Shown: positions 18,705-30,013 of the stretch, piece after piece
Layout: each line of letters opens with the position of its first letter
Position numbering within the stretch: the stretch's first letter is position 1
Source of the DNA: Prasinococcaceae sp. CCMP 1430
Taxonomy: Eukaryota > Plantae > Prasinodermophyta
Reading direction: 5' to 3'
NCBI GenBank assembly: GCA_013416795.1
Contig: RQSC01000697.1
Coordinates: 1-38,632 of the forward strand
Length of the DNA stretch: 38,632 nucleotides
Position numbers and translations under genes: made by a program
The notes under the pieces: model-generated
The model's input: the letters and a program-made list of their open reading frames with translations, nothing else
Databases searched by the model: none
Told to the model about the DNA's origin: nothing

Positions 18705-21700
18705 ATGGCGGCGCCGACGGGCGCGCTCGGCGCGCTCGTGGCGGTGCTCGACGCGGTGATGTCGCCCGACCGCGACGTACGCAAGGCCGCCGAGCAGCAG
18801 CTCGTCGCGCTGCGGTACACGCGAGGCCACCTCGTGCAGCTGCTGCAGGTGGTGTACGCGGGGGAGCGCGAGATGGCGACGCGCCAGATCGCGGCCATCA
18901 CGCTAAAAAATCTTTGCGGCGCCGCTTGGGACAGCGAGGGCGCCGAGGAGTCGGGGCGCGCCGTCCTGCACGAGGAGGATAAGGTGAGCGCGCGCAGCGC
19001 GTAACGGGGCACGCTCGATGGACCGCGGGAGGCGCCTTGGCCTGCCACGAAGCGGGCGCGCGGCCGGGCGCGGGAGCGCTTGCTAACGGCGTCGCTGCTC
19101 GCCTGCGACGCGCACCCGCGTGCGCTGCCGCCGCTCCGCGCCGCACGTGCGCAGACCGCGGTGCGCTCCGCGCTGCTCGAGGCGCTCGTGCAGCTGCCTC
19201 CGAACCTGCGCTCGCAGCTGCAGGAGGTGCTCAGCTCGGTGGTGTACGCCGACTTTCCCGAGCGCTTCCCCGAGCTGCTGCCGGCCGTGCAGGCGGGCCT
19301 CGGCTCGGGCGACGGGCCGCGCACGCGCGCGGCACTTCAGGCGCTGCGCGTCATCGCGCGCAAGTACGAATTCCGGACAGGTGACGACGAGAAGGGTCCC
19401 ATGCGCGACATGATGGCCGCCACCTTCCCCGCGCTGCTGGGCCTCTTCCGCGCGCTGCTCGAGCAGCCCAGCGCCGACGTCGCCATCGCCGAGATGCTCA
19501 AACTGGTGTGCAAGGTGTTCTGGAGCGCATCCTTCCTCGAGCTTCCGCCAATGCTGCGCGACCCGCGAGGCGCTGACACGGCCATGTGGCTGCAGTGCTT
19601 CCTCGTCGCGATCACCAAGCCCGTGCCCACCGAGGGCGCGCCTGGCGCGGACGATCCGGAGGGGCGCGCGAAGTGGCCATGGTGGAAGGCCAAGAAGTGG
19701 GCCCTGCACGTGGCGGGCAGGCTGCACTCGCGCTACGGCGACCCCAAGGTTCGTCATAGTGATCGCTGCACCCGCTCTTGCGCGCACGTCGACGTGCTCG
19801 CGCGCTGACTCGCGCGGACGCGCGCGCTCGCAGGTTGCGCCCAAGGACCGCAAGGAATTCGCCGAAGTCTTTTTGGCCGAATGGTCGCCGCGCTTCCTCG
19901 AGGCACACATGCAAATGCTGGCGCCGCTGCGATGCCCTGCGGGCACGCTGACGCCGGTCGATCCGAACGCGTGGCTGCCGCCGCGCTGCGTCAACTTGTG
20001 CATGCAGTTTCTCCAGAACTGCCTCAACAAAAAGGTGACGTACGAGCTCATGCGTCCACACATGCAGACGTTGCTGCTCGAGCTCGCCTTCCCAGAGCTG
20101 TGCTTCAATGCCGAGGACGCCGAGCTGTGGGAGGAGGACCCGCATGAGTACGTGCGCAAGGGCTACGACATCATCGAGGACATGTACTCGCCGCGCATGG
20201 CCGCCATGAACCTTATCTCGGAGGCGTGCAGCGTACGAAAGAAGGATGCCGTCGGTTTGATCCTCCAGTTCCTGGCGCAGGCCTATCAGGGCTGCGCGCA
20301 GGCTGTCGCCGCCGGCGACCCCGCTGCGCTGCCCACCGTGTACCGACTCAAGGACGGCGCCATGCTGCTCACCGGGACCATTTCGCAGCTGCTTAAGTCC
20401 AAGCGCCACCGCGAGCACCTGCGTCCGCTGCTCCAGCAGTACGTCCTTCCCGAGTTCAGCTCGCCAAGGGGGCATCTGCGCTCCAAGGCGGCATACGTCG
20501 TGGGCAAATTCGCCGATCCGAAACTGCTCGGCGATGAGATCTTCACCAAGTGCATGCAGCGCATCGTGGAGCGCCTCACAGACCACGAGCTTCCCGTGCG
20601 AGTGGACATGGTCGTTGCGCTCCGGCCCTACGTGGAGGAGGCCGAGCTCGACATGCTGCGGCCCGTCCTGCCAAAGCTGCTCAACGACCTGTTTGGCCTG
20701 ATCAGCGAGGTGGAGAACGAAGACCTGGTCCTCACGCTGGAGACCATCGTGGAGCGCTTCGGCGAGGAGATCGCGCCATTTGCGCAAGGTCTCACTACGT
20801 CACTGTGCGGCGTCTTTTGGCGCTGCATGGGGGAAGACGACGAGGACGACAATGACGATGCCGACTTCGACGACAGCGGCGCGCTCGCGGCGATGGGCTG
20901 CCTGCGCGCCATCGCCACCATCTTGGAGAGCCTCAGCTCACTGCCGCACCTGTACGCGACGCTTGAGCCCACGCTGGTGCCCATGCTGGACAAGCTGCTC
21001 ACGGCTGAGGGCCAGGACGTCTACGAAGAGGCGCTCGAGATCACCTCTTATCTGACGTACTTCTCGCCGACGATCTCGCCCGCTTTGTGGTCGCTCTGGC
21101 CGCGGATCTGCTCGGCGCTCACCGAGTGGGCGGTGGACTACCTAGAGAACGCGCTTGTGCCGATGGACAATTTCATCTCGCGTGGAACTGAGACGTTCCT
21201 CGCGCCCGGCGCGCCGTACATGGCACAGCTTTTCGCCGTTGCGAGGCACGTTCTGGTGGATGCCAAGGTACCCGACGAGGACGCGGCGCCCGCAGCGAAG
21301 CTGCTCGAGTGCGTTCTGCTCAACTGTCCCGGGCGCGTGGACGAGTGGGTGCCGCACATGGTACAAGTATCCATCACGCGGTTGGCCGACGCGCGCGCCA
21401 ACTTTTTCAAGGACCAGCTCATGTGCGTGGTCGCCGCGGCGATCTACTACAACGCGCCGCTCGCGCTCAACGTCATCGCCTCGCAGCAGGGCAGCCTCGC
21501 ACAGATATTCACCGCATGGTTTGGCATGATCTTCGAGACAAACAAGAAAATGCGCGCCACGCACTTCAAGAAAGAGTTCAACAAGAAGCTGTGCGCACTG
21601 GCGCTCGTGCGACTTATGGCGTTGCCCGCCGCGCAGCTGCCGCAGGAGATCCTCGCGGCGGAGGGGCAATTGTTGCAGGGCACGCTGCGACTCCTTGTCG

Positions 21701-22685
21701 AACTCAAGACGCAGATGGCGCAGCGGAAGCTCGACGAGGAGGCGGAGGAGAGCGACGAAGAGGCCGACGACGATGATGAGGTGTGTTTGTGGGCAGCGCA
21801 TCCTCGCCCCCGTGTCTCCCGCGCGTGCGCGCTCCAACGGCCTCCTTTACTAGAGTCACCCATCCGCCTCGCGCGACACTCGTCGCGCGAACCTCCCCAT
21901 GGCGGCATGAGGCGCTCAGGGGCGCCTACACGCCACAAGCGAGCGGCGTAACCAGCCCCACGTGCCTGATCGGTGGCATGCTGGATTAGATGAGCCGCAG
22001 ATCCCGAATAGCCCTCGCTCCAAGAGCGAGAGCTCTTTCGGCTCTCTCAGCCTGTCGTGTGCGTGCGATGTCATGCGGTGGCCAATACTGACGTAAGCTC
22101 GCGCGTGTTGGGCGGGCAGGATGAGTGGGACGGGGGTGAGCAGGAGGATGTCGAAGATGACGACGGCTACCTGGAGAAGCTCGCGAAGCAAGCGCGCAGT
22201 TACCAATGGAAGGGCGGTGAGGATACACACGACGCGGACGACGACGACGACGACGATGATTATGACGCATTCTTTGGCACAAGTGGCTATGACGACGACA
22301 TGAGCACACCCCTGGATAGCGTGGACGCCTTCGCGACCTTCAAGGACGTTATGGTGGCGCTGCAGGGGGCTGATCCAGCACGTGCGCAGGCTATGGCGGC
22401 GGGACTCGCGCCGGAGGCCATGACAACGGTAAACGAGCTAATGGCATATGCCGAGGTTCGCCGCGTCGAGATCGTGCAGGAGGCTCAGGCCAAGATGAAG
22501 GTACGTACGAGAGAAGGCGCGCGCGTGCTGCAGCCGTCGCAATCGCATGTGGCTGCGCCCGTGGGCACGTCCGCTGTGCATGGGTGCGCATGAGCGCTCG
22601 TTTGCGACAGCATGCCTCTTGGCTAACCCGCGCACGTGTGCCGATGCAGGGTGGGAACGCGACGGCCGCCACGCCACATAATTAA
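18705..22685 (+). CDS. IPO7: Importin-7/8 (SAD2-like) karyopherin-beta, 5 exons
   Basis: join(18705..18983, 19155..19748, 19834..21780, 22120..22500, 22650..22685), all phase 0. IBN_N (RKAAEQQL…RQIAAITLKNL), WWKAKKWA, LWEEDPHEYVRKGYDIIED, HLRSKAAYV and an acidic C-terminal loop. Confidence 0.93.
21836..22003 (+). mobile_element. 168-bp dispersed structured repeat, copy 1 (importin intron 3)
   Basis: 21844-21999 is identical to copies 2 and 3 by direct comparison. The repeat itself is certain; the mobile-element label is an inference. Confidence 0.75.
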
Positions 22686-22853
22686 ATAATGATTGAATCT
22701 GTACCTCAGCGCGCACAGCGCACATGCGCGCGCCCGTGGCATCGCGTGCACATGAACATGCTCCTCTCGAAGGTCTCTCTAGTGTACTATGGTACTCTGT
22801 ATGATACATCACCCGATGGTAGACGCCTAAGCTTTGAGGAGACTGCACACGTA

Positions 22854-24352
22854 CTACAAGCCGAGCCGCACGAGAATGGCCGGGGCACCCTCTGCGATGA
22901 CCCAACCCATGGCCGAATACTGCAGGTAACGAGCGGCGACCGCCGGGGCGAGCTCGCGCTCGTGCACGGGCGCTGTGCGTGGGCGCAGTGCGGGTCGCAA
23001 GCACTGAAATGTCAGCACTGGGGATCTTCGCATGCGCGGAGATGTGCAGTACTACCTTCGAGCGCACATACCTGCACCCCTCTTTCTTGCGTCCCTCCCG
23101 CACATCCCAAGCAGCTTGGCTGCCGTTTTGGCAACCTCCTTGGTGGCGAGCGCCATGGAGAGCCCCGCGAAGAAGCGCGCGCCTGCCATGAGAACGGGCG
23201 GTACACCGCTGCTCAGGACAAGTGGAGTGTTGAAGAACACTGCAATGGCGCCACGCTCGCTCATCTTCGCAGCGCGCAGGGGGCGATGGCGCAGAGGGAT
23301 GGACACGCGCGAACGCGTGTCAGCTGTGTGCGCACGTTGACTGAGGAGCAGCGAAGAGCTAGGCACCACAACACCGGATGAATTGGCGCATGAGCGCGGT
23401 CGGTGGCCACGCGCTTGCTTGTGCGTGCGCGCCTACTTACCACGCGCGCGAAGCCCACCGCCACGCCCGCAGCCGTTGCAGTTAGCGAGCGCGCGTACTT
23501 CTTGCTAGGCGTGGGCATCGGCGGCGTCGTGTGTGCCAAGTCGAGCAGCGCCGCGCAAAGGCACACTGTGCACGTCGCTGCAAGCGCGGGGTGCTCACAC
23601 TCCATCAGCAATGCCGCCAGCGGGCCAAGCGCCGCGTACACGAATGCAGTTGTCAACATTCCCATCACCAAGCCGCCCATGATGTCCACTAGCGTGTGCG
23701 CTCCCACGTACAGCCGCCCGAAGGCCACAAACGCCACCCACGCGCCCGCGCACATGCCCGCCGTGAGCGGGCCTACGCCTAGCTCGGCGACTGCGAGCAG
23801 CGCGAGCGACGTCCCTAGGCACAGGCCATTCCATGAGTGCGTTGAAGGGAATCCGTACTCGTCCATCACCGGGCACGAGCCGACCTGGTCGATGGCCACC
23901 ACGTCCTTGGCGAGCTGCCAAGGCCTCGGGCACGCGAAAGTGTCCTTGAGCGCGTTTCCCAGGGCGAGCGAGAGCGCCTGCGCGCACAGCGCGTACGATG
24001 CCCAGCGCCAGCGGCCTATCCACATTGCGGCGGGCAGCGCGGTGGCGTAGAACTCCTCCGATACAGCGAGCGCATTGGCGGCCACCAAAATGCGCAGCAG
24101 GGCGTGCCAAGGCGTGCTGCCATGAAACGCGCGCTGAACCCACCGCACGAGCGGGACGCCTCCACGCGCAGCTGCGTGCACGTGCGGCCGCACGCGACGG
24201 CGCAGGAGCGACACCAGAGCGGTGGAAGAGGATGATTCTGACGGCGACAGCTTGATGTTCACCACAGCAGGCGCCGCCGCGTGCGCCGTCTTGCCCGGCG
24301 CCGTCTGCACGCGTCCAGGCGCAGCCGCGGCAGCGGACGCGTTCGGCGGCAT
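22854..24352 (-). CDS. PAP2-superfamily lipid phosphate phosphatase (S1P-phosphatase/LPP-delta-like), 3 exons
   Basis: complement(join(22854..22972, 23072..23264, 23441..24352)), phases consistent. PAP2 motifs KDTFACPRP, EYGFPSTHS and RLYVGAHTLVDIMGG; C-terminus RYLQYSAMGW…LGL-stop. Confidence 0.9.
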
Positions 24353-25046
24353 GGCGAGGCTCTGAGCAGCAGCAGTCGCGGCACACGCTTGCTCACGCCA
24401 CCCGGGCCGGCTGGGCCCGCGGCGTGGCCTGCGCTCGCGCGCCTGCGCAGGTTGGGCGAATGACAGGCTCGCAGCAGCGGGCGAGAGGAGTGCGTGCGGG
24501 GTGCCAGCCCGCCGCCGCCGCGTCGCGGCGCCCAGGCCTGTGGCGCCGCGCCGCACGGGCTCGCAGGCGCGCCGCGCGCGGGCCGCCCTCCACCACACGC
24601 CCAGCTAGAGCATCTGGCCGGCGATTCCGATTTCTCTTTGCTGCAACGCGGGAATACACACGAAAGGTGGAGGCAAAGCGAGCGCGCCGCACGCGCCGCG
24701 CCGGACGCATGCGTCATGACCTCCATACGTATGTTTGTGATTGTTTCCGCCTTCGAGTTCGCGCGCGGCAGCCGCGGCGGATGATGACACATTCAGAAAC
24801 ATTTTGAGGGAGGTCAGGAGGCGTTACGGTACTGGAGGGGCACGGCGCGCGGAATCGAGCGGAACTGCGCGAATTGCAATTGAATGATGGAGCAGCGTGA
24901 GGCTTGATGAGCCGCGTGGTGTGTTTGAAAAGGCGCCAAAGCTGCGCGCGAAACGCGCGCGCGCTCGCGCGCGTCAGGGGGCGGGCGGGGAGGGTGTTGT
25001 AGGGGGGCGGGGGGGCGGCTATCCCCCTCCTCCGGGGCGCGCCGCG

Positions 25047-27160
25047 ATGCTTCACGAGCTGCTGCTGGTGCTCTCCGGGCACGCGTCGGACGTGTTCGTC
25101 GATGCCGACGAGCGGGACGCGCGCGCCGCGCGCGGCGGCGGCGGCGGGACTCCGCCTTGGCGGCGGGCGCAGGCGCGGCGGAGGCGCGCGCGCTGAGGCC
25201 GCTGCTGCGCCTGGCGCACTGCTACCGAGCCCTGCGTGCCTTCTTGGGGAGCCACGCGGGCGGTGTGGGCGCCGGGGGGTCGCCTGCGGCGCCGGCACCG
25301 GCGGCGCTCGCACGCGGCATCGATGAGGTGCTGGGTGGCTACCGGGGCACGCTGCTAGCGCTCGAGCGCACTGCGCTGAGTGAGGAGGGCATCCTTCTGA
25401 GCGGGATGACCGCCGCGCTCACTGAGGCGGAAGAGGTCCTGCCGAGGCTGTATGCGCTGTGCGGCGCTGCGGCGGAAGCGATGGCCGACGCAGACGCCTC
25501 GGGCATGGGCAGCACAAGCGCCGCGATCTCGCGAGCTCTGCGCGGCGAGGCATTCTGCGGCCTGCCGTCCGCGCAGCGCGCGGCGCTCCGGTGCGAGTGG
25601 CACGTTAACCAGCTCATGCTCAAGCATGTGGGTGCATGGGTCGTGCACGGTCTCCTGACGGACGAACGTGCGGACTTCTTCATCGTGCGGAGCGACACCC
25701 AGCGTGCCTCTCAGCAGGCGCGGCAGAGAGACGAGAGCGGTGAGCAGCAGGAGCAGCAGCAGCAGCGGCAGGACAGTGCGGACGATCTTGATGGCACCGT
25801 GCCGGACGCGAGCGGCGCGAACCTGCTGCGTGTGTGGGACGCCTACGTAGTCGACCTCTCAGCGCTGCCCCCGGCGGTGAGCGCCGCCGCTGCCGAGGAC
25901 TTGTTGTTCGCAGGCAATGCCGCGCGCCTCCTATTGAGCCCGCCGTCCGCCACGCGCAAGCTATTGAAGGGACCCATGGATGAGCTGCTTCCCGCGGCCG
26001 ACCGCCGCGCGTTCGCGACGGCGCTCGCGCGGCTCGGCGAAGCACCCGAGCTGCGACGTGACATGCTCACGGCCGTGGCGGCCGCCCTGAAGCGGCGCGC
26101 CGCCGCTCGGTTGTGGCAGCTCATGCAGGGCCGCGCGGGGCTTGAGGCCCACCTCGGGGCTCTCAAGAGCTTCTTTCTGATGGCGCGCGGTGACTTTTAT
26201 CACACGTTCCTCGAGGGTGCCGCTGGGCTCATGGCGCTGCCGCCGAGGCGCTCGACAGCAGAGACAGACCTGCAAGCGCACTTCAGCGCTGCACTGCAGC
26301 GCTCGTCCGCGTTGGATGACGCGCTGGCGAGCCGAGTGACTGTCCGAGTGTCGACTGGCAGCGAGGCCGGCGCTGACGCCGCGCTGGTCGGCGAAACTGC
26401 GCGCGTGGGGCTTTCGGCGCAGGGCTCGCTCGCCTCCAGCTCCGCCAGCGGTGCGCTGCGCCTTCCGTCGCTCGACGGCTGGGATGGCGTGTGCCTCGAG
26501 TACGAACCCGACTGGCCGCTGCAGCTGCTGCTCACACCCGCTGCCATGGGCGTGTACAATAGCGTGTTCCGCTACTTGTTCCGCCTACGACGCCTTCAAA
26601 TGGCGCTCGACAGCGCGTGGCGGGCCGCGGCGGACTCGCCTGCGTGGCACTTACGGCAGCACATGGCTTACCTCATCAACAATCTCCAGTACTACCTGCA
26701 GATCGACGTCATCGACGCTCAACACGCGGAGCTCATGGCCGCAGTGGCGACCGCGACTGACTTTACTGAGCTGCAGCGTGCGCACGAGCGCTTTCTCGGC
26801 GCACTCGTTTCGCAGTCCTTCCTGGACGTAGTTGCCATTGGTGCGCAGATCGAGACGCTGCTTGCGCTTTGCTCGGCGCTTTGCGGTGTCGTGGACCGGG
26901 CGGCGACGCAGAACGTCATGTGCGACACAAGCGCGGTAGAGACGCTGACGGAGCAGTTCGACCGTTCGAGCTCTCAGCTCTTCATGATCCTGCATGGATC
27001 TAAGCTCTCAGGATCTTCGCGAGCGCCCTCGCTGCGCCAGCTGCTGCTGCGCCTAAACTTCAACGGCTTCGTCGCGCGCACCGCACGCCAGGCTGCACGT
27101 GCGGCAGCGGCCAAGAGTGGGCTCGTGCCGCCACCAGCCGCCCATCCAGGCGGCGGGTGA
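25047..27160 (+). CDS. GCP4: Gamma-tubulin complex component 4, with an apparent frameshift near 25140-25160
   Basis: N-terminus MLHELLLVLSGH at 25047. The second frame carries W-VHGLL-D…DFFI, LKSFFLMARGDFYHTFLE, YNSVFRYLF, LINNLQYYLQIDVIDAQ and LRQLLLRLNFNGF. Confidence 0.9.
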
Positions 27161-27216
27161 TGGCTCGGCGGCCATGCGTCTGCGTATGCTAAAACCCGTA
27201 CGGGATGTGACCCGCG

Positions 27217-27221
27217 TTACA
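27217..27221 (-). terminator. TGTAA putative polyadenylation signal (gene 27338-29226)
   Basis: TTACA on the + strand, about 120 nt beyond the stop at 27338. Confidence 0.35.
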
Positions 27222-27337
27222 GCAAAACTGCCAATTGCGCGCCTCTCGGCGCGCGGCACGACGACGTGCGTCTGCAGAGAGACCCACTCGAGTGCGGTCG
27301 CTGCTTCGGCGGGCATGTCCTCAGATTCGCGTTTCCC

Positions 27338-29226
27338 CTAGTTGCCTACGTAGTGATAGTACGCAAGCGGCTTGGGGCCCAGGTCGTCCAGCACATCCGC
27401 GTACTTGGGCTTGGTGCGAGCAGGTGCATCGCCGCCGCCGCCGCTGCTGGTTGCTGCGCCCTCAATTATCCCCTCGCCCTCAAAGACGGGCGAACTCGCG
27501 TCTGTGACATTCGGATGCGCACTCAGCGCGGCAGTGGCCGCGTCGCGCTCGGTGTGGGTCGCCGCGCGACGGTCAGTGTCTAGGTCGAACGGGACAGGCT
27601 CGGTGAGCTCGCCGGTGAAGCCGTCGCCATTGAACCTGTCGTTTGGATGACGATGGCAGCGGAATAGGTCAGCTGCACCGATCGGTGAACGCGTGCGCCC
27701 GAGCGCATGCATGAGCGCTACGCGCACCTTTTGAAAATGCTCAGCAGGCGTGCGTGCGCCTTGCGCGCGCTGGCCATCCGTTCCTGATGGCGCGCGGCCG
27801 AGTCCAGCAGCCGCGTCGAGCTTGCTGCTAAGAAGCCGCCGCCGGGAGTCACATGCTCGCACGCCTCCTGCACGACGCCCGTGTCAGCTGCAGGTCCCTT
27901 GCTGAGGAGCACGGGGGTGCCCATCAGCGCCAGCCCGCTGCCATCCTCTATGAGAAGAGGCGACGGCATCATCGCCAACCCGGTGCTGTCCTTCTCTGCC
28001 TGCCCGACCGTGAATTCGAACCCTCCCTCAAGGTCGACGGCGTCTCCTCCGCACGAGATTGCGTTCGACTCGTGTGCGTCCTCGGTGTCCGAGTCTGCAA
28101 TCTCGCTGTCGTGCGCATTCAGCGACGGCGAACCTGCGCAGCTGCCGGCAGCGGAGGCACCCGAGTTTGAGAGCCCAGCGCTCATGTCCGACTGCTGCTG
28201 CGACAGCGACTGTCCATGCGACTGCGCACTTGCGTCGAGCAGTGCCTGCGCGCGCGCAGTCACCTCAGCCGCCTCCTTCACAGCCACAGCAGCTGGCGTC
28301 GACGGAGGGGCGTTCGCCCCTTCCGAGCTAGGAGCAATCTCCCCGCCCGCACGCGCGCGTGTGGCACCTTTCCCGCCATACCCGCCACTGTAACCCCCAC
28401 CGCTCCCGCCGCTTCCGGAAGCTCCACTGCCGCCTGCCTCCTTCCGCACACGCCGCGTAGCCCCCACTATGGCGGCACTGGCGCCCTGCGGCCGGGGTGG
28501 TGCGTTGCGCGGCCTCGCGGCGATCATTTTGGGCTTGAACGTGCACTCCGCGACAGCCTCGGCCGCGGCCTCGGCGCGCAGCGCCTTCGTCTTGGCCTCA
28601 GCACGCGCACGCCATCCCCCCGTGCGCTCCCACACAGCCTCAGCGCGCCACGACCCAATCTCATCGCCGTGTGCGGCCTTGTCGGTGATGACAGGCGCAA
28701 AGGTGCACTCGCGGACCTCGTCGGCAGCCTCCTGCGCCGCGTACTCGGCGCGAATCGCCTCCGCGCGCTCGTGGAACAGGTCCACGTCGACGCCCTGCGC
28801 GGCGAGCCTACGGCTACGAGCGTTGATTGTCGGCTGGAATGGTTTGGACCCGCGCGGCCGCGCCGCGTGCTCTTCGTTTGCAGACGGCGCTCCTGCCGCG
28901 CGTGCCTTCGTGGCGCCGCGCACTGCGTTGGGCTTTGCCCCGTTGGCACTGGCGAGGCGGCGCAGGGCTCGATCGGCCGTGCGCTTGGGTCGCATGGCGG
29001 GAGTCGACGCCGCGCGCAGCGCGTCATCGCGAGCCGCAGACGGTGCGGCGGTCCCGTCAGACGTGCCCACGCGCGCGCGCTCGCGGCGCGCGAGACTTTC
29101 CTCCCGTGGTGCCAGCGCCAGCGCCACCGCCGCTGCGAGCGCTGGCGGCGGCCGTGCCGCCACGCGGCACGCGGGGTCCGCGCGCGAGCCGTCCGCCATC
29201 TCACGCTGGAGCATCGTCGCCGGCAT
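27338..29226 (-). CDS. Hypothetical protein with repeated (EC)TFxP motifs and coiled-coil segments, 2 exons
   Basis: complement(join(27338..27635, 27728..29226)). Donor GTGCGC, branch GCTGAC, acceptor CAG, phase 2 consistent. Motifs FQPTIN, ECTFAPVI and ECTFKPKM. Confidence 0.75.
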
Positions 29227-29627
29227 GGCCGTGCGCTCTCGCTCCCTCGCTTGCTAACACACGCCTTCGCTCGCTCGCTCCCACGCCCCCCCCCCTTCCC
29301 CTGCGCGCACGAGCGCGCGAGCGCGAACGCGCGCCCTGTGACGGCGCCGCGCGAGCGGGGCCCGCCGCCCCGCCCCGCCATGCCGGCGCTCCCGGTGGGT
29401 GCGTGTAGGGCGGTGGGAACAAGGTGCGTGCGTGCGCGGCGCGGCGCGGTGTGCACGCGCGGCACGCGAGCGCGGGCGCCGCTTCGCTGGGGTTCCAGCC
29501 GCTGCGCGGCCCGGCGATACGGCGCTTGCAGCCGCTGCCGCCGTGCCAGGGTTGGCGGCGCACGCGAGCTCTTCGTGCTGCTGGCCACACGCGCTGCGGC
29601 CTCTTGCGCTGAGCGATTCGAGCCTGC

Positions 29628-29795
29628 CACGGCGCCCTTTACTAGAGTCACCCATCCGCCTCGCGCGACACTCGTCGCGCGAACCTCCCCATGGCGGCAT
29701 GAGGCGCTCAGGGGCGCCTACACGCCACAAGCGAGCGGCGTAACCAGCCCCACGTGCCTGATCGGTGGCATGCTGGATTAGATGAGCCGCATATC
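29628..29795 (+). mobile_element. 168-bp dispersed structured repeat, copy 2 (upstream of, or in a 5'-UTR intron of, the AGMO-like gene)
   Basis: Same 156-bp core as the other copies; differs only at one terminal base on each side (CACGGC start, TATC end). Confidence 0.75.
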
Positions 29796-30013
29796 ACTGC
29801 GCGACCTCGCAAGCCTCGCGCGAGGCCGGGATGAGACCAGCGCCGCGCGGCGCGGCGCGCTGCGTGCCTGTGCTCCAGCGTCGGCTGACCGCTGCGGCCT
29901 TCTGTGTGGCGTGTGTAGGGCGTCCGTGCCCCCGCACGCGTGCGACGCACCCCATGCGCAGGCAGACGCGCCACGATTCGTGCGAGTGTTTGCCGGCCTG
30001 ACCAGAGCGAGCG

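Noticed and set aside
21783-21989. Small ORFs repeated with the element (e.g. PLLESPIRLARHSSREPPHGG; WRVGAPERLMPPWGG)
   Set aside because: Incidental translation of a non-coding repeat, with no consistent start or stop between copies.
21836-22003. 168-bp element read as a tRNA-derived SINE, C/D snoRNA, hammerhead ribozyme or the introner itself
   Set aside because: No A/B boxes, no correctly ordered C and D boxes, and no CUGAUGA/GAAA core. It occupies only the middle of its host introns, whose remaining sequence and splice sites are unrelated.
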